A DNA stretch of 64,000 nt. Origin: an uncultured Gemmatimonadaceae bacterium. Lineage in GTDB: Bacteria; Gemmatimonadota; Gemmatimonadetes; Gemmatimonadales; Gemmatimonadaceae. The stretch is taken from NCBI GenBank assembly GCA_963761305.1, contig CAVXGK010000002.1, forward strand, positions 1,280,001-1,344,000. Direction: 5' to 3'. Shown here piece after piece: positions 16,629 through 26,730 of the stretch. Each line of letters starts with the position of its first letter. Positions within the stretch are counted from its first letter, which is position 1. The notes below the pieces were generated by a model. The model was given only the letters and a program-made list of their open reading frames with translations, was not told where the DNA came from and did not search any database. The position numbers and the translations under genes are program-made.

Positions 16629-19226
16629 ATGCCGACACGCCGACATCTGTACGCCGCGGCGCTCGCGGGCCTCGCCGCCGCGGCGCTCGACCGGGCGAAC
16701 CCGCCCGACTCTCTCATGGGCCCCGGCGTGTCGCGCGAGCTGGCGACCGAGCGCGCGGCGAATCTCGGCGGCGTGCGATATCACATGGAGCTTTCGCTCC
16801 TCTCGCGCGACACGGCGCACGGCTCGATCGCGATCGCGTTCACCGCCAAGCGCGCGAGCGACGTGATCGTCGACTTTCGAGGACCGCGGCTCGCGGGCGT
16901 GCGCGTCAACGGCGGCGCGGCGCAGACGACGTTCAACGGCGCGCATCTTCGGATTCCCGCACGCGCGATTCACGCGGGCCACAACGAAATCACGGCGTCG
17001 TTCGCGGCGCTCATCGCACCCGCCGGGGCCAGCATCATTCGCTTCCACGACGATCGCGCCGACGCCGACTACCTCTACACGTTGTTCGTGCCGTCGGATG
17101 CCAACGCGCTCTTCCCGTGCTTTGATCAGCCTGATCTCAAGGCGAGACTCTCGCTCTCGCTGACCGTGCCGGCCGGTTGGAACGCGTTGGCCAACGGCAT
17201 CACGGAGCACGTGGACTCGACCGGTGGATCGCGGACGTACCGTTTCCGCGAGACCGATCCCCTGCCGACGTACCTGTTCGCCTTCGCGGCCGGGCCCTGG
17301 CACGAGTTCACGGGCGGCCCGCACGACACGCATCTCTGGGTCCGCGCGTCGCGCGCCAAAGAAGTCGAAGTCGACTCGCTTCAGGCGCAGGTCGCGTCCG
17401 CGATCACGTCGCTGCAGACGTATTTCGGCGTGCCGTATCCGTTCCAGCAGTTCCAGTACATGCTCTCACCCGCGTTTCCGTTCGGCGGCATGGAGCACCC
17501 CGGCGTCACGATGTTCAACGAGGAGTCGTTCATCTACCGCGAGCCGCCGACGCTCAACCAGCGCCTCGGCCGCCGCGCGACGATCTACCACGAGGTGGCG
17601 CACCATTGGTTCGGCGACGACGTCACGATGCGCTGGTTCGACGACCTGTGGCTCAAGGAAGGCTTCGCGACGTACATGGCGGCCAAGATGCAGGACATCG
17701 AAGGGCTGCCCAATCCGTGGATGTCGTTCTACCTGCGCAACAAGCCGGCGGCGTACGACGTCGACCAGACGAGCGGCACCACACCGGTGTGGCAGCAACT
17801 CGCCAACCTCGACCAGGCCAAGAGCAACTACGGCGCGATCGTCTACAACAAGGCGCCGGGAATCCTCAAGCAGCTCAACTACCTCGTCGGCGACTCGGCG
17901 TTTCGGATCGGCCTTCACGCTTTTCTCATCACGCACGCGTACGGCAACGCGACGTGGCAGGATCTGCTGGCGTCGATCGGCAAAGCGGCCCACCGGCCAC
18001 TTACGGAGTGGGGACGCCAGTACATCCTCCGCCCGGGGATGCCGGTCACCGAACAAGTGCTCGACACGGAGAATGGAACGATCAAGCGTCTCGCGCTGGT
18101 TCAGCACGCGGCGCAGTCGCTGTCGGGACGCGGCGTGTGGCCCATGCGCACTGAAGTCGTGCTCTGGTCGGCCGGCGCCGAGCCGACGTCGATCCCTGTC
18201 GAGGTCACGGCCGAGACGACCGTCGTCGCGGCGGCGAAGGGCAAGCGCGCTGATTTCGTCTTCGCGAACGCGAACGACCAGGCCTACGGGCTGGTGATGC
18301 TCGACGCGCACAGCTCGCGGTGGCTCCTCGGCCACCTGGGCGAGGTGCGCGATCCGTTTCTGCGCGCGATGCTCTGGGGCGCGCTGTGGGACCTCGTGCG
18401 CGACGCCCGCATCGCGCCGGCGGAGTTCGTCGCGTCGGCGACGCGCGAGCTGCCGAACGAATCCGATGAACAGATCGCCGCCGGCGTGCTCGGACGGCTG
18501 AGCCGCGCGACGTCGGCGTACCTGTCGGACGCGCAAGGCGCATCGAGCACGGCGGCCGTCGAGACCATGCTGCTCGGCGTGGCGTCCGATGGGAAGCGCA
18601 GCTACGGCATCCGCAAGAGTTTCCTCGACACGTACATCTCGGTGGCGACGTCCGCGCCGGCGCTCGCGCGACTGCGCGCGTGGCTCGACAGCGCGTCGAT
18701 CGCCGGCACACCGCTCCGCCAGCCGACGCGCTGGTCGATCGTCACTCATCTCGTCGAGCGTGGAGCATCCGACGGCGACGCGTTGATCAGCGCGGAATCA
18801 CACCGCGACACGACGGTGAACGGCCGCCGCAGCGCGTTCGTCGCCGGCGCCGCGCGACCTAGTGCTGCGATAAAGGCCGACTACTTCCGCCGGTTCTTCC
18901 ACGACTCGACGCTCAACGAGGACTGGGTGACGGCAAGCCTGCGCGCGTTCAACGCGCCCGACCAGGCAGCGAAGACCCTTCCCTACCTCGTGCCCGCGCT
19001 CGACTCGCTCGCCTGGATCCAGAAGAACCGGCGCATCTTTTTCCTCGGCTCGTGGCTCGGCGGCTTCATCGGCGGCCAGCAGTCACCCGAGGCGCTGCAC
19101 AACATCGACGACTTCCTGGCCGGGCACCCGGCGCTGCCCGCAGATCTGCGCCAGAAAATCCTCCAGACGCGCGACGACCTCGAGAGGACCGTGAGGATCC
19201 GAGGGCGGTTCGCCGGTGTGGTGTGA
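16629..19226 (+). CDS. pepN: M1 family aminopeptidase N (probably exported)
   Basis: FPCFDQPDLKA, GGMEH, HEVAH-x18-E, YNKA and an ERAP1-C-like tail. Confidence 0.93.
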   Translation: MPTRRHLYAAALAGLAAAALDRANPPDSLMGPGVSRELATERAANLGGVRYHMELSLLSRDTAHGSIAIAFTAKRASDVIVDFRGPRLAGVRVNGGAAQTTFNGAHLRIPARAIHAGHNEITASFAALIAPAGASIIRFHDDRADADYLYTLFVPSDANALFPCFDQPDLKARLSLSLTVPAGWNALANGITEHVDSTGGSRTYRFRETDPLPTYLFAFAAGPWHEFTGGPHDTHLWVRASRAKEVEVDSLQAQVASAITSLQTYFGVPYPFQQFQYMLSPAFPFGGMEHPGVTMFNEESFIYREPPTLNQRLGRRATIYHEVAHHWFGDDVTMRWFDDLWLKEGFATYMAAKMQDIEGLPNPWMSFYLRNKPAAYDVDQTSGTTPVWQQLANLDQAKSNYGAIVYNKAPGILKQLNYLVGDSAFRIGLHAFLITHAYGNATWQDLLASIGKAAHRPLTEWGRQYILRPGMPVTEQVLDTENGTIKRLALVQHAAQSLSGRGVWPMRTEVVLWSAGAEPTSIPVEVTAETTVVAAAKGKRADFVFANANDQAYGLVMLDAHSSRWLLGHLGEVRDPFLRAMLWGALWDLVRDARIAPAEFVASATRELPNESDEQIAAGVLGRLSRATSAYLSDAQGASSTAAVETMLLGVASDGKRSYGIRKSFLDTYISVATSAPALARLRAWLDSASIAGTPLRQPTRWSIVTHLVERGASDGDALISAESHRDTTVNGRRSAFVAGAARPSAAIKADYFRRFFHDSTLNEDWVTASLRAFNAPDQAAKTLPYLVPALDSLAWIQKNRRIFFLGSWLGGFIGGQQSPEALHNIDDFLAGHPALPADLRQKILQTRDDLERTVRIRGRFAGVV

Positions 19227-19267
19227 GAATGGCCAGCGGGCCTGATTTGGATCGCTGCGGAGGAAGG

Positions 19268-19342
19268 ACTCTAGCATCAGCGACAGCATCAGCATCAGAG
19301 TCAGCACTTACTGATGCTGCCGGCTGTCGCTGATGCTAGAGT
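19268..19342. repeat. 20-bp perfect inverted repeat between convergent genes (REP-like / bidirectional hairpin)
   Basis: ACTCTAGCATCAGCGACAGC at 19268-19287 has its exact reverse complement at 19323-19342; internal CAGCAT hexamers. Confidence 0.8.
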
Positions 19343-19410
19343 GGTCGATCGCGCAGGGATCGCGATCAGACCACGTATCTGACGTCAGATATCTGATTTC
19401 TGATATCCGA

Positions 19411-20976
19411 CTACTGTAACCCGCCCGGCCTCACCAGCCTCTCGACGCCCGCCAGCAGCGCGTCAACGACGAGCGCCAGGAGTGCCGCGGGGATCGCGCC
19501 GGAGAGGATCATTCGTGTGTCCGACAGCGCGAGGCCGGCGACGATCGGCTCGCCCAGTCCGCCGGCGCCGATGAACGCGGCGAGCGTCGCTGTGCCGACG
19601 TCGATCACGGCGGCCGTGCGAATTCCCGCCATGATGGTCGGTGCGGCGAGCGGGAGTCGGACGTCGCGCAGGATCTGCGTGTCCGTCATCCCGAGCGCGT
19701 GCGCCGACGCAACGGCGGCGGGATCCGCATCTCGCACGCCGGTGAACGTGTTGCGCATGATCGGGTAGAGCGAGTAGAGCACGAGCGCGGCCAGCGCCGG
19801 CACGACGCCGATGCCGAGCAGCGGAATCATGAACGCGATCAGCGCGATGCCCGGCAGCGTTTGCAGTACGCCGACTCCGCGGATCACCGCCTCGGCGTGC
19901 GACGGAAGTCGCTCCAACGCGAGGCCCAGCGGCATGGCGATGAGAATGGCGACGAGCAACGAGAGGGCGACGAGCTCGACATGACGCAGCGCGAGGCGCG
20001 CGATCGTGCCGCGCTGCTCGGCCATGTACGCGAAGAACGACGAACGTCCGCCATCCAATGACTTGGTCGTCGTACTCGTCGGCGCGCCGACGAGTCCCAT
20101 CTGCCCGAGCGCATCCCGCGCGACCGACGCCACCGGCTCCTGAGCGACCTCCACGCGTTCGTTGAGTGCTCGCATCCGCGCGGCGTCGAGCTGACCGCCA
20201 AGCTCCTCGAGCGCCGCGATGGCGCGCGGGTTGGTCGTCGCGAGCCGAGCGCTGACGAGCGGCGCGGCGTCGTACGGCGGGAAGAAATGCCGATCGTCGC
20301 CGAGCACGGTGAGGTTGTATTTCGCGATCAGACCGTCAGTAGAGTAGCCGTCGATCACGTCGACTTGGCCCGCGGCGAGCGCTTGATACTTGATGGCCGG
20401 CCCGAGCGGACGAACGTCGGCAAAATGGAAATCGTACGCATGCTGAAGGCCGACGAGTCCATCGGCGCGGCCGATGAAGTCCGCGGTGAGTCCCGCTCGC
20501 AGCGTTCCCGCGTGGCGAGCGAGATCGCTGAGCGATGTGAGGTGCAGCGAGTCCGCCGTCGCCCGACGGACGGAGATCGCGTAGCCGTTCTCGAATCCGA
20601 GCGGCGCCAGCCACCGAATTCCGAAGCGCCGGCGAAACTCCAACGAGACGCGCCGATACGCGTCACCGGCGTCGCCACTCGGCGCTTCGTGCAGAATCGC
20701 GAGCAGGCCGGTGCCCGTGTACTCCGGATAGACGTCGATCGCGCCCGACTGCAAGGCACCAAACGCGACGTCGGTCGCGCCGAGCCCAGGCCGCCGGTCG
20801 ACGCGCAGTCCGCGTGCCTCGAGAAGCTGTGCGAACATCTCGGCAAGCAGGTACGACTCGCCGAACGGCTTCGACGCCACGACCACCGGCCGATCGGGAG
20901 AACCAGGGCTCGCCGGGCCGCCCTGCGAACCGTGCACGCCGAGCGAGAATATCGCCACGACGAACGCCGCTATCAT
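19411..20976 (-). CDS. Osmoprotectant (OpuC/ProX-type) ABC transporter, substrate-binding + permease fusion
   Basis: VASKPFGES, YPEYTGT and FFPPY in the binding domain; C-terminal permease with QTLPGIAL and IGAGGLG. Confidence 0.92.
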   Translation of the reverse strand: MIAAFVVAIFSLGVHGSQGGPASPGSPDRPVVVASKPFGESYLLAEMFAQLLEARGLRVDRRPGLGATDVAFGALQSGAIDVYPEYTGTGLLAILHEAPSGDAGDAYRRVSLEFRRRFGIRWLAPLGFENGYAISVRRATADSLHLTSLSDLARHAGTLRAGLTADFIGRADGLVGLQHAYDFHFADVRPLGPAIKYQALAAGQVDVIDGYSTDGLIAKYNLTVLGDDRHFFPPYDAAPLVSARLATTNPRAIAALEELGGQLDAARMRALNERVEVAQEPVASVARDALGQMGLVGAPTSTTTKSLDGGRSSFFAYMAEQRGTIARLALRHVELVALSLLVAILIAMPLGLALERLPSHAEAVIRGVGVLQTLPGIALIAFMIPLLGIGVVPALAALVLYSLYPIMRNTFTGVRDADPAAVASAHALGMTDTQILRDVRLPLAAPTIMAGIRTAAVIDVGTATLAAFIGAGGLGEPIVAGLALSDTRMILSGAIPAALLALVVDALLAGVERLVRPGGLQ

Positions 20977-21731
20977 TTCCCGCGCGCCACCGATGCTTCT
21001 TCGGTCACGCGCGACCGCTGCAACAACAGGCGGACGTAGTCGCTCGCGGGATGTGCGATCAGCTCGGCCGGCGGCGCGACCTGCTCGATGCGGCCAGCGC
21101 GTACGACGACGACGATCGTGCCGAGGCGGATCGCCTCGTGGAGATCGTGCGTCACGAAAACCGTGGTCACACCGAGGCGTTCGCGCAGCGCGCCGAACGC
21201 ATCCTGCAGCTCGGCGCGCGTGATCGCGTCGAGCGCGCCGAAGGGCTCGTCGAGGAGCAGTACCGTCGGTTCCGCGGCCAGTGCGCGCGCGATCGCGACA
21301 CGCTGGCGTTGTCCGCCCGAGAGCTCGCGCGGCCACCGCTCGGCGAATCGCGCCGGATCGAGTCCCACCAGCGCGAGGGCGTCGCGGGCGCGCGACGCCA
21401 CGTTCGTCTCACCGCGCAGACGCAGCACGAGCTCGACGTTCCGCTGCACGCGCCAGTGCGGAAGCAATCCGCCGTCCTGCGGGACGTAGCCGATGCGCCG
21501 CCGAAGCACGATGGGGTCGATGCTCGAAGCATCGACCCCATTTATCTGAACGAGCCCTGAGTCGGGCTCCGTCAATCGATTGAAGCAGCGAAGGAGCGTC
21601 GTCTTTCCCGAACCACTCTCGCCGACCAGCGCCACCGCCGCGCCTTGTGGTACGTCGAGCGATACGTCGACGAGCGCGGTGACGTTACCGAATGCCTTGC
21701 TCAGGTGCTCCGCGGCGAGCGCGGAACTCAC
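20973..21731 (-). CDS. Osmoprotectant ABC transporter ATP-binding protein
   Basis: Motifs GESGSGKT, LSGGQRQR, LLDEPFGALD and VTHD. The GTG start overlaps the upstream stop. Confidence 0.95.
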   Translation of the reverse strand: MSSALAAEHLSKAFGNVTALVDVSLDVPQGAAVALVGESGSGKTTLLRCFNRLTEPDSGLVQINGVDASSIDPIVLRRRIGYVPQDGGLLPHWRVQRNVELVLRLRGETNVASRARDALALVGLDPARFAERWPRELSGGQRQRVAIARALAAEPTVLLLDEPFGALDAITRAELQDAFGALRERLGVTTVFVTHDLHEAIRLGTIVVVVRAGRIEQVAPPAELIAHPASDYVRLLLQRSRVTEEASVARGK

Positions 21732-22597
21732 TTCGTCTGTGCCGCCGCGTCGTCGCCGTCCTTGCGAGACGCCCACATCGGTTGGGCGACGCACTGGTTG
21801 AAACTCTGTCCGCCGCACGTCGACTTCGCCGATTCCACCACGTGCTGACGCACGATGTCCGGATACCGGTGACACGTCGGCGTGTTGCTCCCGGTGACGC
21901 AGCCGTTGTAACGCAGCAGCGCGTGCCGCCAGGCGTCGTCGGCATCGACGACGATCCTGCTCGTCTTCTCGGTGAGCCAGCCGAGGATCCAGATCCCGTA
22001 TTTCAGGTTCGTCGAATCGGCGCGCAGGTTCGTGCCGAACTTGGACCCGAGGACGGACGTCCAGATCCGCGGCATGATCTGCATGAGACCGACGGCCCCG
22101 ACGTTGGACCGCGCGGTCGACTTGAACTCGTCGTTCTCGGTCATCATCACGCCCAGCACGAGCGCGGGCGGAATCTTCCGCGTGTACGCTTCGCGCACCG
22201 CGACGTCGGCCAGCGACCGCGCGCGATCCGGGTCGACACGACCGGTGCGCACGAGATCCATGGCGAACGAATCGCGATCGTGGAAGAACGCGGGGGAGCT
22301 GAGCGCGGTATTCGTGGGCGAGTCCGCCCACGGAGTACGGGACGCCGGCGTGGCCGCTTTCGTGGAGTCGGCCTGCTTGGTCGAATCCGCGCTGGTGGAA
22401 TCAGAGGATTCCGCAGCGGCCAACAGCGCGCGCGCGACAATTGACCCAGCACTCGTATCGATGTAACGGTGCTCGGCGACCTGCGTGACCAACGGCTCCT
22501 GCGTCGCGGACAGCGGACGGCTGAGCTTGATGCCGATTGCGATCGAAGCGACCAGCCCGCCGGCAATCGCGAGCTGCGGCAAGATGTATTTCTTCAT
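21728..22597 (-). CDS. Lytic transglycosylase (SLT domain) with N-terminal anchor
   Basis: Catalytic E in MTEN, AVGLMQI, NLKYG and ALLRYNG. Confidence 0.9.
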   Translation of the reverse strand: MKKYILPQLAIAGGLVASIAIGIKLSRPLSATQEPLVTQVAEHRYIDTSAGSIVARALLAAAESSDSTSADSTKQADSTKAATPASRTPWADSPTNTALSSPAFFHDRDSFAMDLVRTGRVDPDRARSLADVAVREAYTRKIPPALVLGVMMTENDEFKSTARSNVGAVGLMQIMPRIWTSVLGSKFGTNLRADSTNLKYGIWILGWLTEKTSRIVVDADDAWRHALLRYNGCVTGSNTPTCHRYPDIVRQHVVESAKSTCGGQSFNQCVAQPMWASRKDGDDAAAQTK

Positions 22598-22829
22598 CGG
22601 GCGGATACTGGGCCTCCGAGATCGAGAGGTCGAGGTGGGATACGTGCCGTGGGGGCGAACGCCCGCACCACGCCACGCGCACTTAGTAGTACCACCTAGA
22701 CCGTTCAGGGGTCCCGATTTGCACTACTGCCGCGACCGCTTCAACAACAGCGTGTTCAGCTTTGCTAGCTTAGCGCGAGAACACGGGAAAGGCAACTAAC
22801 TTGCGACTCCGGAAAAGTCCGGTTTCCGC

Positions 22830-23606
22830 ATGCAACATCATCCCATCGATCGGCGGCCACGCACGACGGGTTCGCACCGTCGTCCGTCGCGTCGTGCCCG
22901 CTACACGACGCGCGCGCTGATCCTCGCGACCTTTCTCGCGATCATCGGGCTGATGGTGCGCGCGGCACGCTCCAATCCTCGCGACGCGAGCGTGATCGCC
23001 GAGCGCGAGCTGCGCGTCAACACGCTGCAGCCGGGAGAGCAGGTGCACCGCGTGGTGGCGGTATTCAAGCGGCCCGCGCTCTCCTACTTTCGCGCGACGC
23101 GCGGCCTCCTGGCGCTCACCGACCGTCGCTTGATCTACCTCGGCGTGGAACCACGCGACGTTCTCGCCGCGCCCGATCTGCCGCCCACGTTCGAGCAGCG
23201 CGAGTACCCGCTCGACGCGACGACGCGCGTGTCGTCGGGTCGCACGATGCTCGGCCTCGTGAAGGCGGTCGTGATCACGACGCCGAGCGAGACGATCCAC
23301 CTCGGTGTGCCGTCGGGTGCGGAACGCTCGGCCGACCTGCTGGTGACGGCGATGTCGTCGCGGCATGACCGCGCCGTCGCGCAGGCCGCGGCCCGCGGGA
23401 GCGAGATGCAGGACATCCAGAAGGCGCGGCAGGCCCTCGAGGCACAGCGGCGAAAGGCGAAGTACTACGTCGTTCGCCGAGGCGACGCGCTCGGCGGCAT
23501 CGCGACGATGTGGAACACGACGACGGCGAAGCTGATCGCCTGGAATCGTCTGCCGGGCCCGCGGATCCGCGTCGGCCAGTCGCTGGTGGTCCGTCCGGCG
23601 TTCTGA
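22830..23606 (+). CDS. Membrane-anchored PH-like + LysM peptidoglycan-binding protein
   Basis: TM helix, GLLALTDRRLIY, and C-terminal LysM YVVRRGDALGGIA...N...IRVGQSL. Confidence 0.88.
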   Translation: MQHHPIDRRPRTTGSHRRPSRRARYTTRALILATFLAIIGLMVRAARSNPRDASVIAERELRVNTLQPGEQVHRVVAVFKRPALSYFRATRGLLALTDRRLIYLGVEPRDVLAAPDLPPTFEQREYPLDATTRVSSGRTMLGLVKAVVITTPSETIHLGVPSGAERSADLLVTAMSSRHDRAVAQAAARGSEMQDIQKARQALEAQRRKAKYYVVRRGDALGGIATMWNTTTAKLIAWNRLPGPRIRVGQSLVVRPAF

Positions 23607-23643
23607 CCGTGCCCGCACCGCGGACGTCGGCTCGCGGACGATG

Positions 23644-23691
23644 CCTTGACAGTCTAAGTATCGGTCCGTATCAATGCTCAGACAGTCTAGG
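23644..23691 (+). promoter_or_regulatory. Two PadR-type operator palindromes overlapping a TTGACA promoter
   Basis: CCTTGACAGTCTAAG (23644-23658) and CTCAGACAGTCTAGG (23677-23691); TTGACA at 23646 with TATCAAT about 17 nt downstream. Confidence 0.7.
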
Positions 23692-23700
23692 TAGAGGCTC

Positions 23701-24045
23701 ATGCCGACAGAATCAACCAAGGACCGCCTGCACGGCACGCTCGACGCGCTCGTGCTCAAGACGCTGAGCTGGGGCCCGCGCCACGGCTACGCCATCGCGC
23801 GCTGGCTCGAGGACACGAGCCGCAACGCGCTCCAGATCGAAGAAGGCTCGCTCTATCCGGCGCTGTACCGCATGGAGCGCAAAGGATGGATCGAAGCCGA
23901 GTGGGGCACGTCGGAGCTGGGACGCAAGGCGCGGTTCTACAAGCTCACGGCGCGCGGACGCCGCCAACTCCGCTCCGAAGCGAGCGAGTGGACGGCGTTC
24001 GCGCGCGTCGTGGCCACCGTGCTCGCCGCGCCGTCGGACGGCTGA
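23701..24045 (+). CDS. PadR family transcriptional regulator (acidobacterial type)
   Basis: Motifs GTLDALVLK, HGYAI, GSLYPALYRME and RFYKLTARGR. Confidence 0.96.
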   Translation: MPTESTKDRLHGTLDALVLKTLSWGPRHGYAIARWLEDTSRNALQIEEGSLYPALYRMERKGWIEAEWGTSELGRKARFYKLTARGRRQLRSEASEWTAFARVVATVLAAPSDG

Positions 24046-24048
24046 GCG

Positions 24049-26730
24049 ATGGCGAGCTTGGGCCGTGGACCGCGCGAGTTGGGCTCGCCGTTCTGGCGTG
24101 CGAGTGTGGGCGACGAGGTCGACGCCGAGCTCGCGTTTCACGTCGAGATGCGAACGCGCGAGCTCGTGGCCGGGGGCATGGACCCCGCCGCCGCGCGCGC
24201 GGCGGCGATCGCGCGATTCGGCAACCTGCCGCACGTGAACGCCGAATGCCGGCACATCGGCAATTCCAGGGAGCGAGGCATGCGACGCACTGAATATCTC
24301 GCCGAGCTCGCGCACGACGCGCGCTTCGCCATCCGACAACTGGTCAGAACGCCGCTCTTCACCGCCGTCGCGATCGCGACGCTGGCACTCGGCGTGGGCG
24401 CGACGACCGCCATCTTCAGCGCGGTGAATGCCGTCGTGCTGCGGCCGTTTCCGTTCCTGCGCCCCAACGAGCTGACGTTTCTGTTCACGTCGTGGCACGG
24501 CACGGACGGCAGCGTGTCGGTCGGTGATTTCGCCGACTGGCGCAAACGCTCGACGAGCTTCGCCAACATGGCGGCGGTCCAATTCGTCGGCATGACGCTG
24601 TCGACCGGCGATTCGCCGGAGCGCGTGACCGGTGCCCAGGTCACGGCGAGTCTGTTTCCCACGTACGGCGTCGCGCCCGAGCTCGGACGCGTGTTCGCGG
24701 AAGCAGAAGACGGGCCCGGACAGCCGGCGGTCGTCGTGCTCAGCGATGGACTGTGGCGCCGCGCGTACGGCGCCGATCCGGCCATCGTCGGACGCACGAT
24801 CACGGTCAACGGCGCGCCGGCGACGGTGGTCGGCGTCATGCCGCGGACCTTCGACCCCACCGACTCGCGCGAGGAGCTGTGGATGCCGGCGGCCTACACG
24901 CCGGAGCGCCTCGCCTTTCACGATGAGCATTTTCTGACGGTCGTCGGCCGCCTCAAGCCGGGCGTCACGGCCGCGGCGGCGCAGAAGGAGATGGCCGCCA
25001 TCTCCCGCCACATGTCCGACGAATACCCGACGACCAACGCCGACAACTCCTCGCACGTCGTTCCGCTGGGCGGCGCGGTGATCGGCGCGTACCGGTCGCG
25101 GCTCTTCGTGCTCCTCGGCGCCGTGGGTTGCGTGTTGCTCATCGCCTGCGCCAACGTCGCCAACCTGCTGTTGGCGCGCGGCGCGACGCGGGCCACCGAG
25201 CTGGCAATTCGGTCGGCGATCGGTGCCGGGCGATCGCGCATCGTGCGACAACTGCTGACCGAGAGCTTCGTGCTGGCGCTGGTGTCCGCCGTCGCGGGCG
25301 TGGGCCTGGCCTGGGGCGGCGTGCGCGTTCTCGTCGCCGCGGCGCCGCCGAACATTCCGCGCCTCGCCGACACGCGCATCGACCTGTGGGTGCTGCTGTT
25401 CGCGCTCGCCATCGCCGTCGTGAGCAGCGTGCTGTTCGGTCTGGTGCCGGCACTCAAGGCGTCGCGCGGGAATCTCGAGGCGACGCTGCGCGAAGGTGGA
25501 CGGCAGGCCACCGCCGGGCCGCGCGACCGTGTGCGCTCGATGCTGGTTGCTGGAGAGGTCGCGATCGCACTGACGCTGCTCGTCGCCGCGGGGCTGCTGA
25601 TTCGCAGCGCGATCTACCTCAATCACGTGACCCCCGGGTTCGATCCCGCCGGCGTTCTCTCGGCGCGCGTCGCGCTGCGCCCGACGGGGTACAAGCAAGG
25701 CGCGGAGGAGGCCGAGCAAACCTTCACGCGCATTCTCGACGCGGTTCGTGCCGCGCCGGGCGTGCAAACGGCGTCGCTCACGTCGCAGGCGCCGATGGGA
25801 CCGGGCGGCGGGTCGAACGGCGTCGTGCCGGAAGGAAAGACGCCCAACATCAAGAACGCGGTGGACGCGCGTCTTCGCATGATCACCGCGGGCTATCTCT
25901 CGACGATGCGCATTCCGCTCGTCGCCGGGCGCGAAATCGACCAGAGCGACGTGCGCGGCGGCCTGCGCGTCGCGGTGGTGAGCGCGGCGCTCGCCAAGGC
26001 GCTGTGGCGCGGCGAGAACGCCGTCGGAAAACGATTCGCATGCTGCGAGGGAGATCCGGGCGACCCGCGATGGAAAACGGTCGTCGGCGTAGCGGCCGAC
26101 GTGCGCTCCGGCGGACCGACGCGCGACGTGCGCCCAGAGTTCTACCTCCCGATGATGCAGGCGCCGGCAGAAGCGTGGAGCTGGGTCGGCCGCACGATGA
26201 CGATCGTCGCGCGGTCCGCCAGCGGCAACGGCGCGTCGATCACGCCGGCGATTCGCACCGCCGTCAAATCGGTGGACGCATCCCTGCCGGTCTATTCGGT
26301 CTACACGATGGACCAGAGCATCGCGCAATCGCTCGCCGAACAGCGTTTCCACTTGATGCTACTGGTCACGCTCGGCGCGGTGGCGTTGCTGCTCGCGGCG
26401 GCGGGGATCTACAGCGTGATCTCGTTCATCGTCGCGCTGCGGACGCACGAGATCGGCGTACGTCTCGCGCTGGGCGCGACGGGAAGCGACGTCGTCCGGC
26501 TGCTCACGCGACAGGGGCTGCGTCCGGTCGTCGGCGGCACCGCGCTCGGCACGCTGCTCGCGCTGTGGGCGACGCGCCTGCTGCGCGGCTCGGTGTACGG
26601 CGTGCAGACCTCGGACCCAGCAACGATCGGCGTTGGCGTCGCAGTGCTGCTCGGCGTGGCGACGCTCGCCATCGTGCTTCCCGCGCGCCGCGCGACACGC
26701 GTCGATCCGACGACGGCGCTACACGGCTGA
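24049..26730 (+). CDS. ADOP-type duplicated ABC permease (MacB/FtsX domains)
   Basis: N-terminal ELAFHVEM...FG permease prefix, LLIACANVANLLLAR, RTHEIGVRLALGA and PARRATRVDP. Confidence 0.95.
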   Translation: MASLGRGPRELGSPFWRASVGDEVDAELAFHVEMRTRELVAGGMDPAAARAAAIARFGNLPHVNAECRHIGNSRERGMRRTEYLAELAHDARFAIRQLVRTPLFTAVAIATLALGVGATTAIFSAVNAVVLRPFPFLRPNELTFLFTSWHGTDGSVSVGDFADWRKRSTSFANMAAVQFVGMTLSTGDSPERVTGAQVTASLFPTYGVAPELGRVFAEAEDGPGQPAVVVLSDGLWRRAYGADPAIVGRTITVNGAPATVVGVMPRTFDPTDSREELWMPAAYTPERLAFHDEHFLTVVGRLKPGVTAAAAQKEMAAISRHMSDEYPTTNADNSSHVVPLGGAVIGAYRSRLFVLLGAVGCVLLIACANVANLLLARGATRATELAIRSAIGAGRSRIVRQLLTESFVLALVSAVAGVGLAWGGVRVLVAAAPPNIPRLADTRIDLWVLLFALAIAVVSSVLFGLVPALKASRGNLEATLREGGRQATAGPRDRVRSMLVAGEVAIALTLLVAAGLLIRSAIYLNHVTPGFDPAGVLSARVALRPTGYKQGAEEAEQTFTRILDAVRAAPGVQTASLTSQAPMGPGGGSNGVVPEGKTPNIKNAVDARLRMITAGYLSTMRIPLVAGREIDQSDVRGGLRVAVVSAALAKALWRGENAVGKRFACCEGDPGDPRWKTVVGVAADVRSGGPTRDVRPEFYLPMMQAPAEAWSWVGRTMTIVARSASGNGASITPAIRTAVKSVDASLPVYSVYTMDQSIAQSLAEQRFHLMLLVTLGAVALLLAAAGIYSVISFIVALRTHEIGVRLALGATGSDVVRLLTRQGLRPVVGGTALGTLLALWATRLLRGSVYGVQTSDPATIGVGVAVLLGVATLAIVLPARRATRVDPTTALHG

